NCBI GenBank assembly: GCA_963713045.1
Contig: CAVQKE010000003.1
Location: forward strand, 736,001-800,000
Length of the DNA stretch: 64,000 nucleotides
Direction: 5' to 3'
Source of the DNA: an uncultured delta proteobacterium
GTDB taxonomy: Bacteria; Myxococcota; Myxococcia; Myxococcales; Myxococcaceae
Part shown: piece by piece, positions 9,712 to 19,861 of the stretch
How positions within the stretch are numbered: position 1 is the first letter of the stretch
How the letters are laid out: every line of letters begins with the position of its first letter
The notes under the pieces: model-generated
Told to the model about the DNA's origin: nothing
Seen by the model: the letters and a program-made list of their open reading frames with translations, nothing else
Database searches by the model: none
Program-made: the position numbers and the translations under genes

Positions 9712-11373
9712 ATGAAGCGCCTGGTGTCGTCTCGACTGTTGCGATGCGCTGCAACGGCCGAAATCCTTTTTGTCGTGGCCTGCGGTGGAGGAGGCAGCGC
9801 ACCGCCGGGCGCTCTCCTCCTCAGCGGCATCAACCCAACCGTGGGGAGCGCCGTGGGCGGAACACCCGTCACCTTGGTCGGCACCAACTTCCAGGCAGGC
9901 GCCACCGTCACCTTCGGGGCAGCCCAGGCCACCGGCGTCACCTACGACTCGTCCAACGCGCTGTCTGCCATTACGCCGGCGGGCGCTCTGGGCGCGGTCA
10001 ACGTGACAGTCACCAATCCGGACGGCCAGTCGTCGGTGCTAACCAGCGGATTCACCTACCAGGAGCCCACCTGCGCGGTGCCGGCACTCATCACTGGTGA
10101 CACAACGCTCGGCCCGACGTGCATTTGGGTGGCGACGGCCACTGTCAATGTGGGGGGAGCTTCCAATCCGGTGCTCACCGTGCTTCCGGGAACCACCGTC
10201 ATGTTTTCCGGCTCGCAATTGGGTGGACCGGGGGTGTCGTTACAAGTCGGCCTCGAGGCACCGGGCTCACTGGTGGTGGTCGGCACCAGCGATGCGGGTG
10301 TCCTCTTCACGTCGGCATCCGCCACGCCCGACGCCGGCGATTGGGGGGGAATTGTCATTGGGCCCTATGGCAGTGGCACCTTGTTGCAGTACTTAAGCGT
10401 CGAGTACGCAGGGGGCCTGGACACCAACAGCCTCCCCGAAACCGACAGCGCGGCGGTGACGGTGGAAGGCGGCGATGTCTTTGCGCTGAGCGCGAGCCAA
10501 ACCCCAGCGCCGGTCCTCAGCAACGTCAGCGTCGACTTCAGTGGTGGTCACGGCCTGGTCTTCGCAGGCCTCGACACCGGCTTTGGTCCGGATGGCGGGA
10601 ACATCAGCGTCACCAACTGGGAACCGAGCAGCCACTTCCCCTTTGTCATCGAAGCCAACCAGGGCGGCAGCATTCCATCGAGCATTTCTGCCCCGGTGCC
10701 AGACGCAGGCGTCGCCTACGCCGTTGTCGCCTTCCACAGCTATGTGTCCGACAGCTGCCTGGTCCAGGCGAGCACCACCTGGCCGGCCATTCCGCTTCCT
10801 TACCTTGCGGTGGATACCATCAACATCATCTCTCAGAGTTCCACCGGCCCAGCGGACACACTGAGCATCGCTGCGCCCAACATCATCGAATTCGCCCCCG
10901 GCACCGAGTTGGACGTGGACCCGCCTCCGGCGGGGGACATGCCCAACGGCAACAGCTTCCTGGTGGCCAACGCTACGGCGAGCAATTCAATCGTCTTTAC
11001 CAGCAATTCGGCGACGCCGGCGCCGGCCGCTTGGGGCGGCATCAACTTCTGGTGCAGTAGCAACAACCAAAACAGCGGTTCCTCATTGCAGTACGCGAAT
11101 CTCCAGTGGGCGGCGAGCGTCAAATCCGGCCCCACCGGCACTGGCGAAATCACGGTGCTCGATGGGCTTTCGACGCCGACTGGTCCGCTCGGGCCGCCCA
11201 TCACCAACTGCACGTTCGGCAACTACGGCAGCACCGGGTTTGGAATCGCCCTCTTCGACGTCCAAACCGCCACCTTGAATGCGTACCTCGCGAACAACAC
11301 CTTCGCCACCCCCAACCAAGTCATCCAGTATTGTTCAGGGCAGATTACGGATGGGACCTGCCCCGTCCACTGA
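9712..11373 (+). CDS. IPT/TIG-domain lipoprotein with duplicated beta-helix-like module
   Basis: AAGGAG RBS; LFVVA-C-GGGGS lipobox; INPTVGSAVGGTPVTLVGTNF..VTVTNPDGQ..GFTY IPT domain; two FTSxSATPxxxxWGGI repeats. Confidence 0.85.
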   Translation: MKRLVSSRLLRCAATAEILFVVACGGGGSAPPGALLLSGINPTVGSAVGGTPVTLVGTNFQAGATVTFGAAQATGVTYDSSNALSAITPAGALGAVNVTVTNPDGQSSVLTSGFTYQEPTCAVPALITGDTTLGPTCIWVATATVNVGGASNPVLTVLPGTTVMFSGSQLGGPGVSLQVGLEAPGSLVVVGTSDAGVLFTSASATPDAGDWGGIVIGPYGSGTLLQYLSVEYAGGLDTNSLPETDSAAVTVEGGDVFALSASQTPAPVLSNVSVDFSGGHGLVFAGLDTGFGPDGGNISVTNWEPSSHFPFVIEANQGGSIPSSISAPVPDAGVAYAVVAFHSYVSDSCLVQASTTWPAIPLPYLAVDTINIISQSSTGPADTLSIAAPNIIEFAPGTELDVDPPPAGDMPNGNSFLVANATASNSIVFTSNSATPAPAAWGGINFWCSSNNQNSGSSLQYANLQWAASVKSGPTGTGEITVLDGLSTPTGPLGPPITNCTFGNYGSTGFGIALFDVQTATLNAYLANNTFATPNQVIQYCSGQITDGTCPVH

Positions 11374-11378
11374 AGGGG

Positions 11379-12536
11379 CTACGGCGGGTCGTTCTGCCCC
11401 TGCCGGCGTAGAAAGGTGGGGATGTCAAACTGGTCCTCATCCACCGGCAGCGACGGGTCTCGCGCCGGACGGACCGCAGGGCGAGCCTCGGCTCGGACCC
11501 GCACCGGCGCGACTGCCGCCAGTTCCCCTGGGCTCGGGCGCGCGGCACCCGTGGCAACCGCCGGCATGGGTCGGCGCGCGTCTCGCGCCAGGAAACCCGT
11601 GGCGATGATGGTGATTTTCACCTCTTCGTGCACTTCGTCATCAATCAAGCTGCCGAAAATAATCTCGGCTTCCTCGTCGGCGGCATCGTGCACCAAGGTC
11701 AAGGCCTCGTTCACTTCCTGCAGAGTCAGGTCGCGCCCACCGGTGATGTTGATGAGCAGCCCGGTGGCGCCGTCGATGGTCACGTCCTCCAACAGCGGGG
11801 AGGCGATGGCTTGCTGCATCGCGTTGACCGCCCGCTTTTCGCCGGCCGCTCGGCCGGTGCCCATCAGCGCCAGCCCCTTGTCCGACATGATGGTCTTCAC
11901 GTCGGCAAAGTCGACGTTGATGTAGCCGTGGTACTGAATGAGGTCGGAGATGCCCTGGACCGCGTTGAGCAGGACTTCGTCGGCACGCTTGAAGGTGTCG
12001 AGTAGCGGCATCGATTGACCGCCCAGCGTCAAGAGGCGCTGGTTGGGAATGGTGATGAGCGTGTCCACCGCCGTCTTCAGCTCGACCAGCCCGGCATCGG
12101 CCTGCTTGCGTCGCTTGTTTCCCTCGAAGTGAAACGGTTTGGTGACCACCGCCACCGTCAGGGAACCGAGGGACTTGGCGATGTCGGCGATGATGGGGGC
12201 AGCTCCGGTCCCGGTTCCGCCTCCCATGCCGGCAGTCACGAAGACCATGTCCGCGCCTTCCAGCGCTTGGGCGATGAGCTCCTTGCTTTCCAGCGCCGCC
12301 TCCCGACCGATGTCCGGGTTGGCACCGGCGCCCAGCCCCTTGGTGAGGCCGGAGCCGATTTGCACCTTCACTTGGGCGTTGCTGGCAGCGAGGGCCTGAA
12401 TGTCGGTGTTGCAGGCGATGAATTGCACCCGTTCCAGACCGGCGGCAATCATGGTGTTGATGGCGTTGCAGCCAGCGCCACCCACGCCCACCACGCGTAT
12501 TTTCGCGCCCTGCTTGTTTGATTCCAAGCCGTCCAT
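11379..12536 (-). CDS. ftsZ: Cell division protein FtsZ
   Basis: [16 protein letters not shown] tubulin signature, INVDFADV, C-terminal [11 protein letters not shown] overlaps the ftsA stop. Confidence 0.99.
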   Translation of the reverse strand: MDGLESNKQGAKIRVVGVGGAGCNAINTMIAAGLERVQFIACNTDIQALAASNAQVKVQIGSGLTKGLGAGANPDIGREAALESKELIAQALEGADMVFVTAGMGGGTGTGAAPIIADIAKSLGSLTVAVVTKPFHFEGNKRRKQADAGLVELKTAVDTLITIPNQRLLTLGGQSMPLLDTFKRADEVLLNAVQGISDLIQYHGYINVDFADVKTIMSDKGLALMGTGRAAGEKRAVNAMQQAIASPLLEDVTIDGATGLLINITGGRDLTLQEVNEALTLVHDAADEEAEIIFGSLIDDEVHEEVKITIIATGFLARDARRPMPAVATGAARPSPGELAAVAPVRVRAEARPAVRPARDPSLPVDEDQFDIPTFLRRQGQNDPP

Positions 12537-13768
12537 CAGAAAATCTCCTCCAGCCACTCCCGCATCCGCCCCTTCACCTTCTGGTAGACGTTTTCTTCGC
12601 GAATCCGGAACAGGCGTCGGTCCTGGTGCCGCGCTCCGTAGATGACGAGTCCCACGCCGGTGGCGTACATCGGGCTCTTCACCACATCGACCAGTCCGCC
12701 GATTCCTCGCGGCATGCCTCGGCGCACCGGCAGGCCAAGCACCTCCTCGGCCAGTTCGGGCATCCCCCCAAGCAGGGTCGAGCCGCCGGTGATGACGACG
12801 CCGCTCGCCAGCAAGTCCTCGTAGCCGCACTTCTGGATTTCTCGGTGGACGAGCTGGAAGATCTCCTCCACGCGCGGCTCTAAAATTTCGCAGAGGATCT
12901 GCCGTCCCAGCACCCGTGGCTGTCGTCCACCGACCGAGGGGACCTCGATGGTCTCGTCCTTGTCCACCATCGAAGCCAGCGCGCAGCCGTACTTCTGCTT
13001 GATGCGCTCGGCCTCGTGGGCGGGCGTGCGCAGCCCAATCGCAATGTCGCTGGTGAGGTTGTTGCCCCCCAGCGCGATGACCGCGGTGTGGACGATGCTG
13101 CCGCCCGAGAAAATCGCGATGTCGGTCGTCCCGCCGCCAATGTCCACCAGGCAGACGCCGAGCTCCTTCTCGTCCTCGCCCAGCACCGCCTCGCTGGAGG
13201 CCAGCGGCTGAAGGACGATGTCGGCGACGTTGAGGCCGGTCCGGTTGGCGCACTTGACGATGTTCTGCGCGCTGGAGACCGCGCCGGTGACAATGTGGAC
13301 CTTGGCCTCCAGTCGCACCCCGGCCATTCCCAACGGCTCTTTGATGCCGCCCTGGTCGTCGATGATGAATTCCTGAGGAAGCACGTGGATGACTTCCCGG
13401 TCCATGGGGATGGCCACCGCCTTGGCGGCGTCGATGACTCGGGCCACGTCCGCCTCGCGGACTTCCTTGTCCTTCACCGCGACGATGCCTTGGCTGTTGA
13501 AGCCCTTGATGTGGCCGCCGGCGATGCCGGTATAGACGGTGGTAATCTCGCAGCCGGCCATCAGCTCCGCTTCCTCGACGGCGCGGCGGATGGAGGCGAC
13601 GGTGGACTCGATGTTGACGACCACGCCCTTCCGCAGCCCTTTGGAGGGGTGGGTGCCGATGCCGATGATGTCGATGCCGTTCTCGGTCAGTTCCCCGACG
13701 ATCGCGCAGATCTTCGTGGTGCCGATGTCCAGGCCGACGACGATGTCCCCGCCCTTCTGCTTCGCCAT
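12536..13768 (-). CDS. ftsA: Cell division protein FtsA
   Basis: [30 protein letters not shown]-terminal amphipathic REWLEEIF. Confidence 0.98.
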   Translation of the reverse strand: MAKQKGGDIVVGLDIGTTKICAIVGELTENGIDIIGIGTHPSKGLRKGVVVNIESTVASIRRAVEEAELMAGCEITTVYTGIAGGHIKGFNSQGIVAVKDKEVREADVARVIDAAKAVAIPMDREVIHVLPQEFIIDDQGGIKEPLGMAGVRLEAKVHIVTGAVSSAQNIVKCANRTGLNVADIVLQPLASSEAVLGEDEKELGVCLVDIGGGTTDIAIFSGGSIVHTAVIALGGNNLTSDIAIGLRTPAHEAERIKQKYGCALASMVDKDETIEVPSVGGRQPRVLGRQILCEILEPRVEEIFQLVHREIQKCGYEDLLASGVVITGGSTLLGGMPELAEEVLGLPVRRGMPRGIGGLVDVVKSPMYATGVGLVIYGARHQDRRLFRIREENVYQKVKGRMREWLEEIF

Positions 13769-13785
13769 GTGGTTTCCTCGTGCCT

Positions 13786-14613
13786 TCACTTCGCCGCGTG
13801 GTCCCGCGCCGGCGCGCCGGCCAGCTGGACAGCGACCCAGGTGGGCCGCACTCGGTTTTCCAAATGGATGGTGGCTGCTGTCAGGCCGCGCTGGTGGAGC
13901 TCGGCCCGGACGCGGAGCAGGCGCTCCAGGGCGTCGTCGGGCGCTCCCGACGCCAACGCCACCACCTGGCCGTCGGTGTCAATGGCGCGCAGCCCCCCCT
14001 CCTCGAGATGAACTTCGGAGAGGCCAGGGTGCTGGATGGTGCGGGCCCACGCCGCCATCAGGTTGAGCGCCACGCGCAGGCGCGCCGCCGTCTCCTCGGG
14101 AGCCTGGGCCGCTTCTTCGCGGCTGACGCCAGTAATCAGTGGCAAGTCGAGCGCGTCCGCGCCGGAGACGCGTTTGAAGGGCACGCCGTCCGCGTCGACG
14201 ACGTAGAGGTCCCCGATGACGGCCAACGCAGCCGGAACGTGCTCCTCGACGCGAATTTGCAAGATGTCTGGAAGCGCCCGCCGCACCTCGACGCTGCTCA
14301 CCCATGGGTGGGCAGCCATCGCTCGAGCCACCTCCACCGCGTCCAGTGCCCAGAGGTTGGTGCCCAGCTGGACTCCCCCCAGCGCCAGCAGCTCGGCCTC
14401 GGTGGCGCGCTCGGCGCCCGCCAGTTGCACCGAGCGAAGTGCAAAGGCGGCTGACTGACGCGCCCAGGCGTCGAGCCGCACCACCGCCACCCCCAGGGCA
14501 ACCAGGGCAGCGACGGCAAGCAGCAGCCGGGGCCCGTGCGTCAACACCACGCCGGGGAGGCGGGCGGGGCGCTCGAGCCGGCGGCGGCGATTCCTGGGCG
14601 GGCCGGGGGGCAT
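13786..14613 (-). CDS. ftsQ: Cell division protein FtsQ/DivIB
   Basis: Single TM, POTRA motif [24 protein letters not shown]; located between ddl and ftsA. Confidence 0.93.
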   Translation of the reverse strand: MPPGPPRNRRRRLERPARLPGVVLTHGPRLLLAVAALVALGVAVVRLDAWARQSAAFALRSVQLAGAERATEAELLALGGVQLGTNLWALDAVEVARAMAAHPWVSSVEVRRALPDILQIRVEEHVPAALAVIGDLYVVDADGVPFKRVSGADALDLPLITGVSREEAAQAPEETAARLRVALNLMAAWARTIQHPGLSEVHLEEGGLRAIDTDGQVVALASGAPDDALERLLRVRAELHQRGLTAATIHLENRVRPTWVAVQLAGAPARDHAAK

Positions 14614-14738
14614 TGTCTAATCCGCCTATGCTCGGGCTGGAATTGGACCGACGCCAGTTTTTCGCCACAGCTACGTTGCGCAGCGAAGCTGTAGGCAAGC
14701 CCCGGGGGGAAGGCCCTCAGCCAGCCCCGGGAAGGGCC

Positions 14739-15683
14739 TCAGGCCTTGAGCGAGGCCCCGAGGAGCAGCCGCTCGCACAGCGCAGGGAAGTCAATGCCGC
14801 GTCCCGCTGCAATTTTCGGCAGCAGGCTGGTGGCCGTCATTCCCGGCAGCGTATTCAATTCGAGCAGCTGCACCTCCCCTTCGGGCGTCACGATGCAGTC
14901 GCTCCGGGTGGCGCCACTGCAGCCCAGGGCCTGGTGGGCCGCCAGGCACACCGCATTCACGCGCTGGTACTGGCCCGCGGGCAGGGGCGCCGGAAATAGA
15001 TACTGTGTCCCGCTGTCCGCGGAGTATTTGGCCTCGTAATCGTAAAACTCGCGCGCCGGTACAATCTCAATCGCCCCCAACGAGGCGCCGTCCAACACCG
15101 CGCCTTGCACCTCTCGGCCGGCGATGAATTGCTCCACCAACAGGGTACCGGCATAGGCCGCGGCCTTGCGCACCGCCTCGGCATAGGCCTCGGGCGTGCG
15201 GCAGATGTACACCCCGACGCTGCTTCCCTCGCGCGAGGGCTTCACCACCACCGGAAAGGCGAAGGGCAGCTGCTCCCGCCCAGCCAACGCCGCTTCGGGC
15301 GTCTCGAAGGACTGGTAGGCGGGGGTGGGGATGCCGCGGGCGAGAAAGACTTGCTTGCTGAAGACTTTTTCCATCCCCACCGCGGAGGCCAGCACCCCGG
15401 AGCCGGTGTAGGGGATGTGCATCGACTCGAGCAGCCCTTGAATGCACCCGTCCTCGCCATAGCGGCCGTGCAGCGCGATGAAGGCGATGTCGATACTCCC
15501 GTCGAGGAGGCGCTGCGCCACGTCGCGCTGCACGTCGACGTCCACCACCCGGTAGCCGAGCGACTTGAGAGCCTGGGAGATTGCTGCGCCACTGCGCTGG
15601 CTGACCTCCCGTTCAACGCTCAACCCGCCGCTGAGCACGCCCACCCGCTTGTGGGCGAGTTCTTCCCTGCTGAAGCGCTTCAC
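14739..15683 (-). CDS. ddl: D-alanine--D-alanine ligase
   Basis: GGLSVEREVS, LHGRYGEDG, REGSSVG, FYDYEAKY, ELNTLPGMT. Confidence 0.98.
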   Translation of the reverse strand: MKRFSREELAHKRVGVLSGGLSVEREVSQRSGAAISQALKSLGYRVVDVDVQRDVAQRLLDGSIDIAFIALHGRYGEDGCIQGLLESMHIPYTGSGVLASAVGMEKVFSKQVFLARGIPTPAYQSFETPEAALAGREQLPFAFPVVVKPSREGSSVGVYICRTPEAYAEAVRKAAAYAGTLLVEQFIAGREVQGAVLDGASLGAIEIVPAREFYDYEAKYSADSGTQYLFPAPLPAGQYQRVNAVCLAAHQALGCSGATRSDCIVTPEGEVQLLELNTLPGMTATSLLPKIAAGRGIDFPALCERLLLGASLKA

Positions 15684-16612
15684 GTGAAGACTCCCACCCG
15701 TTTGACCTCAGGGACCAGCGTGAGGCCGGTCGCCTCGTGGACACGCGCCTGGGCCAAGGCAATCAGTCCTGCGACGTCCCGAGCGCTTGCTGCGCCGAGG
15801 TTGACAATCCAGTTGGCGTGAAGCTCGCTGATGCGCGCCCCGCCCAGGGTGTGGCCCTTCAGCCCGACAGACTCAATGAGGCGCCCGGCATAGTCCCCGG
15901 GGGGGTTGCGAAAGACGCTGCCGCAGTTGGGTTGACTTAAGGGCTGAGTGCGCTTGCGGTAGCCGAGGTCCGCCTCCATCGCGGCGTTGGATGCCTCGAC
16001 GTTCCCCTGGCGAAGACGGAACCGGACGCGCAGGGCCACGCTTCGAGGCGGCAGCGCCGTGTGCCGGTAGCTGATGGCCAGCTCGGAACGGCCGACCCAG
16101 CCCACGCCGTCGACGGTGGCGAATTCAACCGCCTCCAACACTTGCCCGCACTCGCCGTGCTTGGTGCCGGCATTCATCGCCAGCGCCCCGCCCAACGTGC
16201 CAGGGATGCCGGCCAAAAACTCCGCCCCCACCCAGCCGCGGCTGCGCATCTGGTTCACCAACCGGACGATGGCCGCCCCCGCGCACAGGGTGACCAGGCC
16301 GCCTTGCTCCAGAGGCTGGGACTCTTCGGAGAAGAGGTCCGCCGGAACCTTCAGCGTGACGCCGGGAAGGCCACCGTCGCCCACCAGCGTGTTGGCGCCC
16401 CCGCCCAGCACGTGGATGGGCAAACCGAAGTCTTCCGCGCGGCGAAGCAACGCCACCACTGCGTCGGCAGAACGCGGGCGGATGAAGAACTCGGCGGCCC
16501 CGCCGACGCGCAAGCTTGTCTTCGGGGCGAGCGGCTCGTGCTCCGCCGCCTCGACGGCGAGGCCGGACACCAGGCTGGCGAGACTTCGGGATGCGAGGGC
16601 GGAACTCTTCAC
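15680..16612 (-). CDS. murB: UDP-N-acetylenolpyruvoylglucosamine reductase
   Basis: LGGGANTLV, GIPGTLGGALAMNAG, GSVFRNP, HANWIVN; GTG start with AAGGA RBS. Confidence 0.97.
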   Translation of the reverse strand: MKSSALASRSLASLVSGLAVEAAEHEPLAPKTSLRVGGAAEFFIRPRSADAVVALLRRAEDFGLPIHVLGGGANTLVGDGGLPGVTLKVPADLFSEESQPLEQGGLVTLCAGAAIVRLVNQMRSRGWVGAEFLAGIPGTLGGALAMNAGTKHGECGQVLEAVEFATVDGVGWVGRSELAISYRHTALPPRSVALRVRFRLRQGNVEASNAAMEADLGYRKRTQPLSQPNCGSVFRNPPGDYAGRLIESVGLKGHTLGGARISELHANWIVNLGAASARDVAGLIALAQARVHEATGLTLVPEVKRVGVFT

Positions 16613-16863
16613 CTCAGTCCTTTGTGAGCGAAGTTGGGGGGTGGAGCAAGTCCCTTGCCAAGGAAAGGAACATTTTGTGCCCCGCGTCGCCAAGCAACAC
16701 CCCGGTCAAGCGCGGTTGCGCAGCCACAGTCCTTTTCTCGGAAGTGCCACGTTTGCCAGCGGGTGAGATTGGGTTACCTCGCTGCGCCGGACCGGCGAGT
16801 CACCCCAAGCCCGGTTGACGGCAGCACCTCGGTCGAGGAGATGGAGGCGGGGGGAGGTCCAGG

Positions 16864-18131
16864 ATGCTTCTTCGAAGAATGATGACGCCAGTGGCAGTCC
16901 TCGCCCTGGGAGTCGCCACTGGCTGCGGCTCCAGTGGCGAGACCATCACTGGGACCGTGGGGAATCCCGGGGAGTGCCCAAGGCATCGTGGTGGGCATTC
17001 GCTCGGGCGGCCTCCTGCAGACGGTGACGACCGGCAATGCTGGGAGTTTCAGCGTGAGCGGCGTCACGCTGCCGTATGACGCGATGGTCGTCATCAACAA
17101 TTCAGTCCTCGTCCTCCAAGGGCTGACGGTCCTCCACCCGACGCTTGCGAGCGCGCAGTATGAGTACGGCTACCCGCCGAATGGGCCGGCCCATGGCGCG
17201 ACGCTGCAAGGCAGCGTGACTCCGCCGCCCGGAACTCCAGCCCTTCGAGACCTTGAACCTCGCTTACGTCACCGCGGGCGGGGCGTATCTGGGGTTGGGC
17301 AACTTACTACAGCCGTCCGTCCCCGCCTTTGCGCTAAGCGCCAGTTGGTCTGGGCCAGCAGCAGTGACCGGGAATCTCTACGCGCTTGCGAGCCATGTGG
17401 AATTCCCGCCGCCACCCACGCTGGCAGAAGTCACAATCTATGATGGCTTCGTGATGTTCCCGGCCGTGACAGTCAGCGACGGCGAGACGCGGGCCGGTTT
17501 GGATGCTGTCCTTCAGCCGGTGGGCACCGAGCAACTCTCTGGGACGGTGACGTACCCGGCTGGCTTTGAACCCTATATGGACCCGGTGGTGTCACTGTTC
17601 ATTCAGCAGGGGTCGGAATTGAGCTTCCCCCTGGACGTCAGCATCGGCTCCACCGACTTCACACTGGCCGTTCCCCAGCTTCCGCGCATCGCCTTTCAAG
17701 TCCAAGCATCGGCACTCACCGACGATATGAACGCCGGGTACCAGGTCACTCAACGCGTCGCGTCCTTTGACGGCGGCCTCTTGCAGCTGACGTTCCCCAC
17801 ACCACCGATGCTGGAAGCTCCGGCCAACTTTGGAACCGTCCAGCAGGCGTCTTCCACGTTTCAGTGGAGCCCCGTGGCTGGCGCTTCGCTCTACTTTCTT
17901 CAAATCCAGGGGGATGGAAACATCTCCGTGTACACGACACAGCCTTCGGTGACGTTGCCGGACCTCTCCACCTTCGGCGTCCCAGCGCTCGGCAAAGCCA
18001 GTTGGGGGGTGTGGAGCTTCTCGAATCCCTCCAACGTCGACCAGCTGGTCGCTGACGCAGGCTTCTCCGTTTTCAACCTGGCAGACCAGGTCCAGACCCA
18101 TTCGGCCCTGGGCAGCGTGGTCCTTCAGTAA
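16864..18131 (+). CDS. Exported beta-rich lipoprotein, split by two +1 frameshifts (~16972, ~17243)
   Basis: GGAGG RBS; VLALGVATG-C-GSS lipobox; coding-like sequence continues across ORFs 16864, 16934 and 17253; C-terminal FQWSPVAGASLYFLQI Ig/FnIII-like segment. Confidence 0.7.
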
Positions 18132-18139
18132 CGACAGTC

Positions 18140-18190
18140 GTCTGCCCACCACTTTGCCGTTTCTACCGTTCGGCAAAAGGATGGGCAGAC
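18140..18190. terminator. Long hairpin between convergent genes (putative bidirectional terminator)
   Basis: GTCTGCCCA/TGGGCAGAC plus TTTGCCG/CGGCAAA stems. Confidence 0.6.
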
Positions 18191-18217
18191 CCAGGAGCTG
18201 TGGACTTCTTTGACGTG

Positions 18218-18460
18218 TTAGCGGAAGCCTTTGGCGACCATCGCCGCCTGCCGAGCCAAGAAGTTCTTGAGGTACTCGAGCCAGTCGAAGCCACGCGCCC
18301 CTCCGCCGGCACCACCGCCGGACCCGGAACGGACGCCCTCCGCCCACATCACGCTTGAGCGCGCACGCGGGCTGGTATTGGGGTGAGCAAGGGCGATGCT
18401 CGAGGCAAGGCAGCAAACAGCGAGAAACAACCTGGGTGAAGAATGGCGTGGGGGTGCCAT
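18218..18460 (-). CDS. Small secreted peptide precursor (80 aa)
   Basis: AGGAG 7 nt upstream of ATG; signal-like RLFLAVCCLASSIALA; Gly linker; amphipathic C-terminal helix. Confidence 0.6.
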   Translation of the reverse strand: MAPPRHSSPRLFLAVCCLASSIALAHPNTSPRARSSVMWAEGVRSGSGGGAGGGARGFDWLEYLKNFLARQAAMVAKGFR

Positions 18461-18514
18461 GGGGAGACTCCTGATTCGGCCGAGCGGGAATTCGCTGCGG
18501 TCGAGGCCCCCTTG

Positions 18515-18530
18515 TGCAGCAGGTGTGCCG
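18515..18530 (-). promoter_or_regulatory. Putative sigma54 (-24/-12) promoter of the small peptide gene
   Basis: Minus strand CGGCACACCTGCTGCA: GG-N10-GC, close to TGGCAC-N5-TTGCW. Confidence 0.5.
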
Positions 18531-18764
18531 CTGGGAAACGCCAGGAAAATTGGGGACTCCGGCGCGAGGACGCCGAAAGCTGTCGCCCCCGAGGCAACGG
18601 GCCCTCGGCGACTTGTCGCCTGGCACGCAACGGACCTTCACCCCCCGGCTGCGCGCCCCCCGCACCGGGGGCCTCTGCGACAGGAAGAAGTCGCTGCGAC
18701 GCGCAGGGTGGGCATGGTTGGATGGGAGGCGACGCGGCCTGCGACCCAAGGAAATGTCTCCACC

Positions 18765-19130
18765 ATGAAAGTGCTCGCCCAAGTCTGCGTCTTGGCCGTC
18801 GCCGCTGAGCACCTCTGGTTCCTGGTGCTGGAGATGTTTCTCTTCACCAAGCCCATTGGGCTGAAGACGTTTCACCTCAGCGAGGCCGCAGCCCGTGCCG
18901 CGGCACCGGCCATGGCCAACCAGGGCCTGTACAACGGCTTCCTGTCCGCCGGTCTCGTGTGGAGCCTCTTCGCGAGCGAGCCCTTCGGCTTCCAACTCAA
19001 ACTTTTCTTTCTCGGCTGCGTCTTGGTGGCGGGCCTCTTCGGCGCCGCCACGGTGAGCCGTGCCATCCTCTTCGTCCAGGCGCTGCCGGCGGCAGTGGCC
19101 GCCGCGGTGGTACTCCTGTCATCGCCCTAG
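18765..19130 (+). CDS. DUF1304-family membrane protein
   Basis: EHLWFLVLEMF, ANQGLYNGFL, GLFGAAT, VQALPA motifs. Confidence 0.9.
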   Translation: MKVLAQVCVLAVAAEHLWFLVLEMFLFTKPIGLKTFHLSEAAARAAAPAMANQGLYNGFLSAGLVWSLFASEPFGFQLKLFFLGCVLVAGLFGAATVSRAILFVQALPAAVAAAVVLLSSP

Positions 19131-19137
19131 ACGTGCG

Positions 19138-19704
19138 TTAGAGGCCGTCGGTGACTCCCTCGAAGGCCTGGGTGACGTGGGCGCTGAAGGCCACATCCTC
19201 CCAGGAGCCGTCGAGACAGGGCGGCGAGGCCCAAGGCTGACAGGGGTGCGTGCCTGCGTCCGGCAGCGCACCACGCTGTCCCCAGCCGAGGTGCGCCTTG
19301 TTGGCGTCGTCCGGGACGCCCCGCTCCTCGTCGAGTCGGTGCATCAACTCGTGCGTGAAGGAGGCGCCGTGGTCCGCGAGGTACACCGTGGCCTCGCCGA
19401 GGAGCAGGCATCCGGTGGCATCGTCGCAGGCGGACTCCGGAATGGTGTCCGCGTCCGGCCACAGCCACACCGTGAGGCCAGAGACCGCCCCGTTAAACTG
19501 CTCTTGGCTGAAGAGTCCGGGCGGCACCACCGTCGCTTGGCTGCGCTGCACCATGGTGTCGACCCCCGAGCACAAGACGGTGCGCGAGGCTTCCAACGTC
19601 ATCCCCGCCGAGGAACAGCTGTTGGCAGCAGCGAAGGGCGGCCCGGCGCAGGCCAGCAGGCAGTAGCCAGACAGCACGAGTGCGAGGCAGCGGACGGAGG
19701 GCAT
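19138..19704 (-). CDS. Cys-rich lipoprotein with HExxH zinc-binding motif
   Basis: LLA-C lipobox; SFTHELMHRL with a downstream His; several Cys. Confidence 0.65.
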   Translation of the reverse strand: MPSVRCLALVLSGYCLLACAGPPFAAANSCSSAGMTLEASRTVLCSGVDTMVQRSQATVVPPGLFSQEQFNGAVSGLTVWLWPDADTIPESACDDATGCLLLGEATVYLADHGASFTHELMHRLDEERGVPDDANKAHLGWGQRGALPDAGTHPCQPWASPPCLDGSWEDVAFSAHVTQAFEGVTDGL

Positions 19705-19861
19705 CCTCAAAAGCTGAAGCGTCCACCGGGCCCACGCCCCGGCGCAATGGCCCCCCCCGCGGGTACGCCGCTACCCACGCGTTGAAGTTGCGTTCGGGCG
19801 CTGCCCCCCATCGAGGACGGGCTGTGGGAGAGTCCCCCGCCCCCCGTTGGAGGAGGTTTCG

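Noticed and set aside
11379..13253. 624-aa FtsZ, and similarly extended MurG (599 aa), MurD (759 aa) and MraZ (313 aa) in the ORF track
   Set aside because: The N-terminal extensions are open frames running through the upstream genes; the true starts are downstream
18470..18760. c-di-GMP riboswitch in the hairpin-rich divergent gap
   Set aside because: Conserved class I/II core sequences were not found; the palindromes fit DNA binding sites better
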